DNA of 64,000 nucleotides from Bacteroidia bacterium (GTDB taxonomy: Bacteria; Bacteroidota; Bacteroidia; AKYH767-A; OLB10): NCBI GenBank assembly GCA_023262505.1, contig JALRAP010000001.1, forward strand, positions 64,343-128,342. Reading direction: 5' to 3'. Within the stretch, counting starts at the first letter, position 1. Every line of letters starts with the position of its first letter. A program made the translations under genes and the position numbers. Of this stretch, positions 19,125-27,893 are shown one piece after another. A model generated the notes under the pieces. The model saw only the letters and a list, made by a program, of their open reading frames with translations, did not search any database and was not told the origin of the DNA.

Positions 19125-21395
19125 TCAGTTACGAATAAATGTTCCTACAGGTTGATGGTTGGCTTTGAACACATATGTTCCGGCTGCAAGAACACTCACA
19201 TCAATATCTCCATGAAAAAAATCCGCTTCAGACTTTGCTGACAGCATAACTCGGCCGGTGATATCGCATATTTCAATGGTTTCAGCGGGTGATTGAGAAT
19301 CCCAATGCAGCATATTTCCTACAGGATTGGGATAATACCAGATAGTTTGTTTGGAGAGTGATTCGGGAACGCTGGTAGGACAGTAATTGGCATAATTCGG
19401 AGTAGTGTTGGTTATCAATGCCCAAGGTCCTGTTCCGTTTGGACAACGGTGCAGGCTTATGTTCGCAAATTGAGCGCCGAATTGTTTGAAATCATATGTG
19501 TTGACCGAATCTGTAAGGTAAACCACCTCGCCCACGCTACCGGATAACTTGAAATTGGCATGTAATTCCGTGGCAGAGGAGGCACGCTCGTCACAAAAAA
19601 CCAAAATAAAGCCGAATGGATTGATGAGCGTTCCCTCGGGGAAAGGCCATTTTCCCAGATTAAGGGCGTTGTCGGACAAATAAAGTCCATCCATGTTCAA
19701 CGTTCCTGATGTATTGTTATAAACCTCGATCCAATCTGAATGTTCGCCATATTGGTTAATGGTATCTACAACGTTAATTGCTAGGATCTCGTTCAAGGCA
19801 ACTTGACCTGCTGCAGCAACTGGCAGAGCTGTATTTAAGGAATAAAATTCATGCTCGGCCCGCTCCGGCGAGAAAATGCCCGCGTTTGTGTTTTCCGCGT
19901 AAACGTAATATTGCATTCGGGCAGAAGTTACCTGGAAAGATGCCCCAAAAAAATTGTCGTTTGCAGCTCCATCGCCATGCTGTCCATCGTCATACATCTG
20001 TAGATAATTAAACTTTTTCCAAGTCGCATCACGATAGCCCATCCGCACCAGATTGGAGTTGGTAACCTGGCATGTAACCGTAACCTGTGATTGATATGCC
20101 GGTAAGCTGTTGGAAACTTGAATGTTTGATATCGATGGAGGAATTGCCGTGAATTGCGATTGCTGTTGCAACCAGGTTGTTCTTGGTCCCATCAATTCCG
20201 ATAGGCCGGGAATGATTCCCATGCCACCTGAAACACCTGTGGTAATGGAGTTTTGGAATTGAGTGTATGAATAAAACTTGTTGGGGTCCGCTTGGACAGA
20301 GGCGTTGATTGCCGACTGAATAGCCTGGGCTTTGTTTACATAACTATTGTTTGCAAAATTCTCGTTGATGATGGTTCGCATGTGTGCCAAGTACCTTCTC
20401 TTATATTCCGGATTTGCAAACAACTTGCTTATCATCGGCTTTTGCAAATTGGTTTCATGAAGCAGAGGCGACATTTGCTGTTCTTGTGTTAATGTCAAAT
20501 TGCCTGTTCCAGTATTAGTGAAGCAACCGAAAGATTCATTCAAATCCCATGAAATCGGGTTGAACCGCTGGTTGTCGTCGCGATACAAATAGTAGTTCTG
20601 CGAAAATCCTCCTGTGTAACTATCCAAATTCACAAGCACGTTGTTGAAAGCCAGCATCCAAAGGGCCCTATCGACATCAAGTTTGTCAATTACAGAATTG
20701 GGATTGTTATTCAAAACATTGATGAAATCTATCAGCTCCGCCCAGCCGAAATCGCTTTTGATCTCGTAACGATTATAGTATAGCGTACTATCCGTACCCA
20801 AATAAGTCAAGTCAGGATTCGCCCCTCCGCCTGGTCCGGCACCTCCAACGGGATTGCATTTGAAAAAGGCGTACCGATCAGACTTGAAATGCTCCATGAC
20901 AAAGCGCTTGTCGATGTTTTCAGCATTCATATAAAGCCCGTACAATACGCCATTGATTCTAACTTCGGCGTGGTTAGCCAGTGGAGCGTGCATATATTGC
21001 CGAAGTATTTCATAGGATAGCGGTTCCCTTACAAATGAAGGATCCTTGAATCCATTAGAAAGCTTTAAGTCGGTGTATCCTTGATAATCCGCATTACCTT
21101 TGATGTAGTTCAACTCAATGTGAAGCGGATTCTTCATATTATTGGCGTTGAAGGAGCTGTTTCCCTTGTATTTAACGCCTACGCTATCGTAAACCACTCC
21201 GTTAATGGTCACTTGTTGAGCAATAATAAAGCTTTCGGAACCAACGGCTGCGGTATCCATCTGATAATCCCAATTGGGCTGGGTGAAAGTGATGCGGATG
21301 TCTTGTACAACGGCAGGGTCATACAGGAAAGGCTGCGCATGAGAATGTAGCGCTGAAGTCACCAACATTAACAATAGCAGAGTGAGTTTTTTCAT
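19125..21395 (-). CDS. CotH-family atypical protein kinase homolog with lamin-tail domain (LTD) and T9SS C-terminal sorting domain
   Basis: Signal peptide; the N-terminal region (NWDYQMD...VKYKGNSS...RINGVLYGLYMNAENIDKRFVMEHF) matches the CotH profile; the LTD-like segment (ALNEILAINVV...HSDWIEVYNNTSGTLNMDGLYLSD...FPEGTLINPFGFILV) and the CTD (YYPNPVGNMLHW...GTYVFKAN) follow. Confidence 0.6.
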   Translation of the reverse strand: MKKLTLLLLMLVTSALHSHAQPFLYDPAVVQDIRITFTQPNWDYQMDTAAVGSESFIIAQQVTINGVVYDSVGVKYKGNSSFNANNMKNPLHIELNYIKGNADYQGYTDLKLSNGFKDPSFVREPLSYEILRQYMHAPLANHAEVRINGVLYGLYMNAENIDKRFVMEHFKSDRYAFFKCNPVGGAGPGGGANPDLTYLGTDSTLYYNRYEIKSDFGWAELIDFINVLNNNPNSVIDKLDVDRALWMLAFNNVLVNLDSYTGGFSQNYYLYRDDNQRFNPISWDLNESFGCFTNTGTGNLTLTQEQQMSPLLHETNLQKPMISKLFANPEYKRRYLAHMRTIINENFANNSYVNKAQAIQSAINASVQADPNKFYSYTQFQNSITTGVSGGMGIIPGLSELMGPRTTWLQQQSQFTAIPPSISNIQVSNSLPAYQSQVTVTCQVTNSNLVRMGYRDATWKKFNYLQMYDDGQHGDGAANDNFFGASFQVTSARMQYYVYAENTNAGIFSPERAEHEFYSLNTALPVAAAGQVALNEILAINVVDTINQYGEHSDWIEVYNNTSGTLNMDGLYLSDNALNLGKWPFPEGTLINPFGFILVFCDERASSATELHANFKLSGSVGEVVYLTDSVNTYDFKQFGAQFANISLHRCPNGTGPWALITNTTPNYANYCPTSVPESLSKQTIWYYPNPVGNMLHWDSQSPAETIEICDITGRVMLSAKSEADFFHGDIDVSVLAAGTYVFKANHQPVGTFIRN

Positions 21396-21503
21396 TTTGA
21401 TTATGGTTGAGTTAATCCAATCTTATCGCCAAGTTAAGCGATTAAGTCTTGCTTTTGACAAATACAACAACAAAAGGCTTAACCTTATTGAAAAATAAAT
21501 CTT

Positions 21504-21848
21504 TCAGAAAAAATAAGGCATCTTACTGGATTGCTTCCAACCAGCTTGGCTTTCATAATCCACAAAAAACACCTTCACCTCGGCTTGGCTCTCATACTTG
21601 ACAAAATAAATCTTCTTGTCGGCTTGGCTAGCGTACTTGACAAAAAACCACCGGCCATCATTTTTACCCGCTTGGCTTTCATATTTGACCTTGTAGACTT
21701 TTAGGTCGGCTTGGCTCTCGTAGTCAACCACAAAGACTTTCACATCGGCTTGGCTTTCATAATCGACGCTGAAAACCTTTTGAGCATTGGCATCATTGCT
21801 TGCCGCAAATAATATGAAGAGCCAGATGGCTGTATAGGCAAATTTCAT
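21504..21848 (-). CDS. small secreted tandem-repeat protein (six 13-16 aa units, consensus [VK]-[DK]-Y-[EA]-S-Q-A-[DEG]-x-K-[VI]-[FY]-[FK]-V)
   Basis: Signal peptide MKFAYTAIWLFILFAASNDANA, then VDYESQADVKVFV / VDYESQADLKVYKV / KYESQAGKNDGRWFFV / KYASQADKKIYFV / KYESQAEVKVFFV / DYESQAGWK; encoded by in-frame 39-nt DNA repeats. Confidence 0.6.
   Translation of the reverse strand: MKFAYTAIWLFILFAASNDANAQKVFSVDYESQADVKVFVVDYESQADLKVYKVKYESQAGKNDGRWFFVKYASQADKKIYFVKYESQAEVKVFFVDYESQAGWKQSSKMPYFF
21541..21790. repeat. tandem direct repeat, six units of 39 nt (one of 48 nt), core tcggcttggct[ct]tc[ag]ta
   Basis: Units start near 21541, 21580, 21619, 21667, 21706 and 21745 on the plus strand; they lie entirely inside the 21504-21848 CDS and preserve the reading frame. 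Confidence 0.7.
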
Positions 21849-21899
21849 TGGATGTATAAAAATAAGGGGCCGGCTGTAGCCGACCCCTTGATTGTTGAT

Positions 21900-24635
21900 T
21901 TATTGCAGCTTGATTAGTTTATCAAAATATACTCCGCTTGGTGTACGAAGCTCCATCATGTAAGAGCCAGGCGCGAAATTCAGATTGATTTTGTTCTTCA
22001 TTTGCGCAAACTCATAACGAGCCACTTCAGAACCCAATTGGTTGTACATGATCAACTCGGCAGCTGGTATTGGATTGGCGAATTCAACATACAACATTTC
22101 GCCTGCAGGGTTAGGATAAACAGAAACTGCCGCGGCGGCAAAGTTTTCACCCACTGAGGAATACAAATAAGGCAACGAAGATGTGGTACAACCATTTGCC
22201 GCGGTAACCACAACCGTATATAATCCGGCTCCTGTCAAGGCCATGTCATGCGAGATTCCAGTTGCACCTGGAATAATGTTGCCATTCAAATACCATTGGT
22301 TTCCTGATGGAGAAGAAGAGCTCAGCACCGTTCCAAGTGTATTGATAATTGGAACAGGTGGTGCTGGATTGATAACACCGGTTACAGGCACACGGTTGCT
22401 TTTACAGCCCTCCGTGATTTGCCAATTGTAAAAGAAATAATAGAAGTTAGTAGTGCTGGGTGTGGGGTTGTAAAAGCCCGTAATTGAAACCGAGCTTCCA
22501 GGGAATGTGTATGGATAAGATGCGCCGAAAGAGTTGTAATACAAAGGCACGCTGGTAGCGTCAAGCTCCAATGTATAACCAACTCCTGGATTGATGGTCC
22601 AACCAATTGTAATCGGCTGCAGTCCTGAGAAGGCAATCACATTCACTGTTTTGGTGTTCAATATTGCACCACCAATAGCCGAGCGCATATTTATGGTGAT
22701 AGGCCCTGATGTTCCTCCTGGAGAAATATAAACTCGATCCAATGTAACAGTTTGGGTAACGTCGAATGTCAATCCCCAGTTGCTACCCGTAACAGGGAAC
22801 TGGGTGCCAATAGCACCACTTGCAGGACCAACATTATATGTTCCACCTGCGGAAGCTTCAACATAATAAGTGGTGGTGGTCCCGATGGTTGGGGAATATG
22901 TGTTACCTACATTAATACTATTTCCACCGGTTGGAGCCGTATACCAATCAAGCACTCCAACACCGCTTGCTGAAAGGTTGACGACTCCGCCCCCACAAAT
23001 GGTATCATTAACCGTTAATGGATCTGTAACTGCCAAGACTGTCAAATCCAGAACGGATGTAATCACAGGTGCACATCCGCCACTTGTAACAACCGCTCGG
23101 TATTGAACAGTGGTGGTGGGAGATACCAAATACTGGCCCGTATTGTAACCCGTTCCAATTTCGTTAACCCATCCGGAACCCGTGTTGCTTTGCCATTGGA
23201 TGTTACCGGTATTTCCCGTAAGAAACAAGGTGGCATTACTACCCAAACAAATGGTATCGGTTGAGATTACAGCTGTACCGGCAACAGAGGCGGGACCAAC
23301 ATCCACCAACAAGCTGTCGATGTAGCCACACAATCCATCATTACTAACCAAAGTATAAACAGTAGGAACCGATGGTGTGGCTGTAACTGAAGCCCCTGTT
23401 GAAGCGCTCAAACTTGAAGATGGACTCCATGAGTAGGTGTAATTGGGATTGTTGCTAACAGCACTCAGTGTTGTGGATTGCCCAGAACATAAAGCAGGAG
23501 GGTTGGCCGAAATAGTTGCAGTTGGCGCGGGAATAACGGTAGCAACAGTTGGGGTTCGTGGACTCTCGCAACCGGTTTCATAGGTAATTTCAAGACGCGA
23601 AATACTACCGCCTGCCTCTTGCCAGATAGTTTGTGGCAGGTTGGTGGCTAAAGGCAGTTGCATACCCATTCGGGTGAGAGTTACTGAGGTGCCGTTGATG
23701 GTGGTGGTTGCTGGGGAAGGCGCATAAGAATTGATATCACCAGGTCCACGAGTAGCCAACACGCCAATAACCTCGCCTGCTAGAATTGGGATGTTTACCG
23801 GAATAACTCCTGTGGATGGATCATTCTGGGTAACAAAAAGTGTTGCAAAGGCATTGGTGGTGGTGGCATAAAGAGGCGGAGGGATGTTATTATCGAAACG
23901 AATTACTGCTATATTCTGTAATGTTCCATTGTTACCTGGCACGAACAATCCTGTAATCGTGAAATCGGTAGGCGCAGTAAAGAAATACCCTCTGGCGTTG
24001 CCCGAAAAGGTGGAAGCCTGTGCTGGCATAGGCGTTGTGCTTGCACCACCGGTAGAAGTTGCCGCAGCACAATAGAAGGTGGTAGTGGAAGCCACATTGG
24101 TGGTAAGCGATTGACCTGTTGAGATCGGCGTCGGACTGGTAGGGCTATCATACCATTTGAAAATACCATTACCTACAGCGTTCAAAGTGACCGGGCCATA
24201 TCCGCAGCGGGATGCGCCTTGTGTTGCTGGAGCAGACACGCCCACTGTTATGGTAACAATATTGGAAGTGTCGGGCGTACAGCCAACCGCCGTCACAACT
24301 GCGCGATAATCTTTGGTGGCAGCAGGTGTAACTGCATAGTTGTCGGTAGTTGATCCAACACCTACTTCATTTATCCAAGCAGAGCCGTTGAAACTTTGCC
24401 ACTGGATTGCGCCGATGTAATTGGCCAAGGTGAGTGTTGTAATACCATTAGGACAAATGGAGTCGACGGTAGCCGATGCCGTGCCTGCATCGGAGCATGC
24501 TTGCGCAGAAGAAACCTGCATCAATGCAAACGAGAACAACACCAGCGCGTATTTAAACAGTTTGGTAAAAATTTGTTTCATGTGATAATGTGTGTGTGGT
24601 TGTAAATAAGATTCTATGCTATCAAAGTAAAACAA
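21900..24635 (-). CDS. secreted multi-domain protein with duplicated Ig-like (IQWQS) domains, duplicated CG-x-G-x-V-x-L ... YYFFYNW module and T9SS C-terminal sorting domain
   Basis: Signal peptide; the two-fold internal super-repeat (ACSDAGTASATVDSICPNGITTLTL..IQWQSFNGSAW.. and ..AVISTDTICLGSNATLFL..IQWQSNTGSGW..) is followed by CTD VSVYPNPAGEMLYVEF...GSYMMELRT. Confidence 0.65.
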   Translation of the reverse strand: MFYFDSIESYLQPHTHYHMKQIFTKLFKYALVLFSFALMQVSSAQACSDAGTASATVDSICPNGITTLTLANYIGAIQWQSFNGSAWINEVGVGSTTDNYAVTPAATKDYRAVVTAVGCTPDTSNIVTITVGVSAPATQGASRCGYGPVTLNAVGNGIFKWYDSPTSPTPISTGQSLTTNVASTTTFYCAAATSTGGASTTPMPAQASTFSGNARGYFFTAPTDFTITGLFVPGNNGTLQNIAVIRFDNNIPPPLYATTTNAFATLFVTQNDPSTGVIPVNIPILAGEVIGVLATRGPGDINSYAPSPATTTINGTSVTLTRMGMQLPLATNLPQTIWQEAGGSISRLEITYETGCESPRTPTVATVIPAPTATISANPPALCSGQSTTLSAVSNNPNYTYSWSPSSSLSASTGASVTATPSVPTVYTLVSNDGLCGYIDSLLVDVGPASVAGTAVISTDTICLGSNATLFLTGNTGNIQWQSNTGSGWVNEIGTGYNTGQYLVSPTTTVQYRAVVTSGGCAPVITSVLDLTVLAVTDPLTVNDTICGGGVVNLSASGVGVLDWYTAPTGGNSINVGNTYSPTIGTTTTYYVEASAGGTYNVGPASGAIGTQFPVTGSNWGLTFDVTQTVTLDRVYISPGGTSGPITINMRSAIGGAILNTKTVNVIAFSGLQPITIGWTINPGVGYTLELDATSVPLYYNSFGASYPYTFPGSSVSITGFYNPTPSTTNFYYFFYNWQITEGCKSNRVPVTGVINPAPPVPIINTLGTVLSSSSPSGNQWYLNGNIIPGATGISHDMALTGAGLYTVVVTAANGCTTSSLPYLYSSVGENFAAAAVSVYPNPAGEMLYVEFANPIPAAELIMYNQLGSEVARYEFAQMKNKINLNFAPGSYMMELRTPSGVYFDKLIKLQ

Positions 24636-24664
24636 AAAATATCAAAGTAACAAACAGTTGTATT

Positions 24665-25618
24665 TCAAGATTTTGAGTTGAAGCCTGAAATCAAGAAGTT
24701 AACATTGCGCTGCATACTCTTGAGCCCGGTTCGATTTATAGGTGACTGCTCAAAAGCCTTATCGAAAACCTCTTGAGTCATATCCAACCAATCGCGTTGC
24801 TTTAATCCAAAAAGCATATCAGTTGGTTTGAAATCGGCAACCTTGGTTGGTAATGAAAAACGATTCCAAGGACATACCTCTTGGCAGATATCGCAACCAA
24901 ATGCATGGTTTTCGAACTTACCTTTCATTTCATCTGGGATGGCGTCGCGCAACTCAATGGTAAAGTAGGATATGCATTTGCTGCCATCAACTACGTATGG
25001 TTTTATGATCGCATCCGTAGGACATGCATCAATGCACCGGGTGCAGGTGCCACAATGATCGCGAATAGGTGCGTCATATTCCAGCTCCAAATCGGAAATC
25101 AATTCCGCTAAAAAAAAATAAGAGCCTGCTTTCGGATGTATGACATTGGTGTTTTTACCCATCCAACCCAAACCGCTTTTAACTGCCCATGCCCTCTCCA
25201 GCACAGGTGCTGAGTCGGTAAAGATGCGGCCGTTTACCTCGCCGATGCTTTGACGAATGAAATCCACCAGCTTCGTAAGTTTTTCCTTTATGACCAAGTG
25301 ATAATCGCGCCCATAGGCATAACGTGAAATACGAGGTGATTCATCATCGGTCTGATGTTGCTCGGGATAATAATTAAGCATCAATGACACCACTGACTTA
25401 GCGCCATCAACCAACAACCGCGGATCAAGGCGTTTGTCGTAATTGCGCTCCATGTACGACATCTGACCATGCATGTTGTTCTTTAACCATGCTTCCATTC
25501 GAGGAGCTTCCTCCTCAAGAAATTCGGCCTTTGATATGCCTACAAAAGAAAAACCTAGCCGCAAAGCCTCCTGCTTAATCAGGAGTGTGTTTCGGCTTTT
25601 GGATTCAATCATTCCCAT
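24665..25618 (-). CDS. queG: tRNA epoxyqueuosine(34) reductase
   Basis: Two 4Fe-4S ferredoxin motifs ([23 protein letters not shown]) and a HEAT-like C-terminal end; length fits. Confidence 0.85.
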   Translation of the reverse strand: MGMIESKSRNTLLIKQEALRLGFSFVGISKAEFLEEEAPRMEAWLKNNMHGQMSYMERNYDKRLDPRLLVDGAKSVVSLMLNYYPEQHQTDDESPRISRYAYGRDYHLVIKEKLTKLVDFIRQSIGEVNGRIFTDSAPVLERAWAVKSGLGWMGKNTNVIHPKAGSYFFLAELISDLELEYDAPIRDHCGTCTRCIDACPTDAIIKPYVVDGSKCISYFTIELRDAIPDEMKGKFENHAFGCDICQEVCPWNRFSLPTKVADFKPTDMLFGLKQRDWLDMTQEVFDKAFEQSPINRTGLKSMQRNVNFLISGFNSKS

Positions 25619-25630
25619 TTTATTCGACCG

Positions 25631-26707
25631 CTACTTCACTATCCATTTCGATTTAAGCCATGGTGTGACCCTGGATTCGATTTGCAAATATGATATATGT
25701 GCCACTAATGCAGCGGCAATCATACCAATGATGAATGATGCCCATGGAAAGTCCATGTATGGTAATGAAAGCCTTTCGGCGACAAGTCGCAAATATGCAA
25801 ACACAATAGGATGCCAGAGATAAAGTGAATAGGAAGTATCACCGATGTAAGTTAATCCCCGGAATTGAAAAACAAACACGCCTGCCTTATCACACATGGC
25901 CGCAAAGAAAATCCATGGGAATATGTATAGGAGATCCGTGTAAATATTTACTTCAATTTCTAGAATACCTGAAACATGTATGATGAATAACAAGCTGGAT
26001 ACAACAAAACCGGATAAAAGCACAAACTTGCCCCATACTATTCGATCGATCAACATACCAAGAGCAACACCTGAGGCAAATAAAAGCACCATCGGGTTGC
26101 AAAACAGATTGAAAATTGAAACCGGATACACTTTAAACGATGTATAAGAAGGATCAAAACCTCCGGTAAACAACATTGGAATCAATAATCCGAAAATTAA
26201 AAACAATGACAGGAGAATGCGATATGCTAACCGACCGAAGAGAAGTGATACGAAGAAAATGAAATAAAAAAACATCTCGTAATTCAATGTCCATCCAACA
26301 TCCAATAGAGGATATCCATATTTGGGGCCAAGTGTATCGGTCATCTGGGGTATGAAAAAAACCGTCTTCACTATTCGAACAAAATTCTCATTCAGATACT
26401 GCCACGAAATATCATCAGCTACATAAACGAAAGTGACCAAGAAGTAAAGGGGAAGAATCCTGATAATTCTATTGTATGCAAAGGACCAAGCCGACTTATT
26501 AGGTTTCGCTTGTCCGTTCTTGGTGGTGTGGTACATGATAAGTCCACTGATGATGAAAAAAACCTGAACGCCCATTTCACCATTTGGGAATGGCTTTGCC
26601 TCGGCAGGCGACATGAAAAGGTATTGCAAATGGAATGCGCATACCATTAGGGCGGCAATTGCCCGTAATACTTGTATGTTTTCCAGCCGGTTTGATTTCA
26701 ATGCCAT
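25631..26707 (-). CDS. acyltransferase family 3 (OafA/YrhL-like membrane acyltransferase)
   Basis: IQVLRAIAALMVCAFH N-terminal motif; 358 aa polytopic protein. Confidence 0.7.
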   Translation of the reverse strand: MALKSNRLENIQVLRAIAALMVCAFHLQYLFMSPAEAKPFPNGEMGVQVFFIISGLIMYHTTKNGQAKPNKSAWSFAYNRIIRILPLYFLVTFVYVADDISWQYLNENFVRIVKTVFFIPQMTDTLGPKYGYPLLDVGWTLNYEMFFYFIFFVSLLFGRLAYRILLSLFLIFGLLIPMLFTGGFDPSYTSFKVYPVSIFNLFCNPMVLLFASGVALGMLIDRIVWGKFVLLSGFVVSSLLFIIHVSGILEIEVNIYTDLLYIFPWIFFAAMCDKAGVFVFQFRGLTYIGDTSYSLYLWHPIVFAYLRLVAERLSLPYMDFPWASFIIGMIAAALVAHISYLQIESRVTPWLKSKWIVK

Positions 26708-26756
26708 GGCAGGACAAACTTAATAGAAATGGAGGTGGTTTGGTTGTGGGTGCTGG

Positions 26757-27788
26757 TTACAATTCCTCGAAAAGTGATCCCGAAGGTCCCTGCCTTTTCT
26801 TGCCAAGGTGCTTGTACGCCTTGTCTGTTATCTCGCGGCCACGCGGAGTGCGGTTCAGGAAGCCTTCCATGATCAAAAACGGCTCATACACTTCCTCCAA
26901 GGTTCCAGGCTCCTCGCCTACCGCAGTGGCAATGGTGTTGAGTCCCACAGGACCGCCTTTGAATTTATCGATGATGACCGTGAGTATTCGATTATCCATT
27001 TCATCCAAGCCATGCGCATCCACATTCAAGGCTGTCAGAGAATATTCCACAATAGGGTCGTCGATAGTTCCATTGCCCTTAATCTGAGCAAAGTCGCGAA
27101 CACGACGCAAAAGTGCATTGGCTATACGGGGGGTTCCACGACTACGACGAGCAATTTCGAAAGCGGCGGAATCGTGTATGGGTACGTTCAAAATTTCGGC
27201 GGAGCGAAGAACAATCAATTGCAATCGCTTTGCATCATAATACTCCAAGCGTGCATTGATTCCGAAACGGGCACGAAGCGGAGATGTCAACAAACCGGAA
27301 CGTGTAGTAGCACCAACCAGCGTAAATGGATTGAGTTTTATCTGCACAGTTCTAGCATTCGGTCCACTATCGATCATGATATCGATCCGATAATCTTCCA
27401 TCGCAGAGTACAGGTACTCCTCCACAACGGGACTCAAACGATGTATCTCATCGATAAACAACACATCGTTGGCCTCCAAATTGGTAAGCAATCCTGCCAG
27501 GTCACCGGGTTTGTCGAGCACGGGACCTGATGTGATGCGAATGTTTACACCTAATTCATTAGCGATTATGTTCGCTAAGGTCGTTTTACCTAGACCGGGA
27601 GGGCCGTGCAGCAACACATGATCCAAGGACTCGGAACGCTTTTGGGCAGCCTTCACAAAAACCTTGAGATTCTCAACCACCTTGTCCTGTCCTGTAAAAT
27701 CACCAAACTCCACCGGGCGAAGAACTTTCTCGAGTTCTTTGTCGATGTTTTGCTGGGATGAGGGGGATGGGTCGAGGTTAGGATTCAA
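26757..27788 (-). CDS. ruvB: Holliday junction branch migration DNA helicase RuvB
   Basis: Walker [20 protein letters not shown], and strong end-to-end RuvB similarity. Confidence 0.9.
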   Translation of the reverse strand: MNPNLDPSPSSQQNIDKELEKVLRPVEFGDFTGQDKVVENLKVFVKAAQKRSESLDHVLLHGPPGLGKTTLANIIANELGVNIRITSGPVLDKPGDLAGLLTNLEANDVLFIDEIHRLSPVVEEYLYSAMEDYRIDIMIDSGPNARTVQIKLNPFTLVGATTRSGLLTSPLRARFGINARLEYYDAKRLQLIVLRSAEILNVPIHDSAAFEIARRSRGTPRIANALLRRVRDFAQIKGNGTIDDPIVEYSLTALNVDAHGLDEMDNRILTVIIDKFKGGPVGLNTIATAVGEEPGTLEEVYEPFLIMEGFLNRTPRGREITDKAYKHLGKKRQGPSGSLFEEL

Positions 27789-27893
27789 GCGATGGACGAT
27801 TTACGATTTGCGACCGAAGCCGAAGTGTGCGAAGATTTACTTCGGAGGACAATTTACGACCAGGTCTTAACTGTATTGGATGTGAATTCAAAA

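Noticed and set aside
21541-21790. Regular 39-nt direct repeats that could be mistaken for a CRISPR array
   Set aside because: The units are contiguous with no spacers and are in-frame coding for a 13-aa peptide repeat. There is no leader or cas context.
26808-27530. 240-aa plus-strand ORF
   Set aside because: It is entirely antisense to ruvB, whose identity is unambiguous. It has no motifs and poor codon usage.
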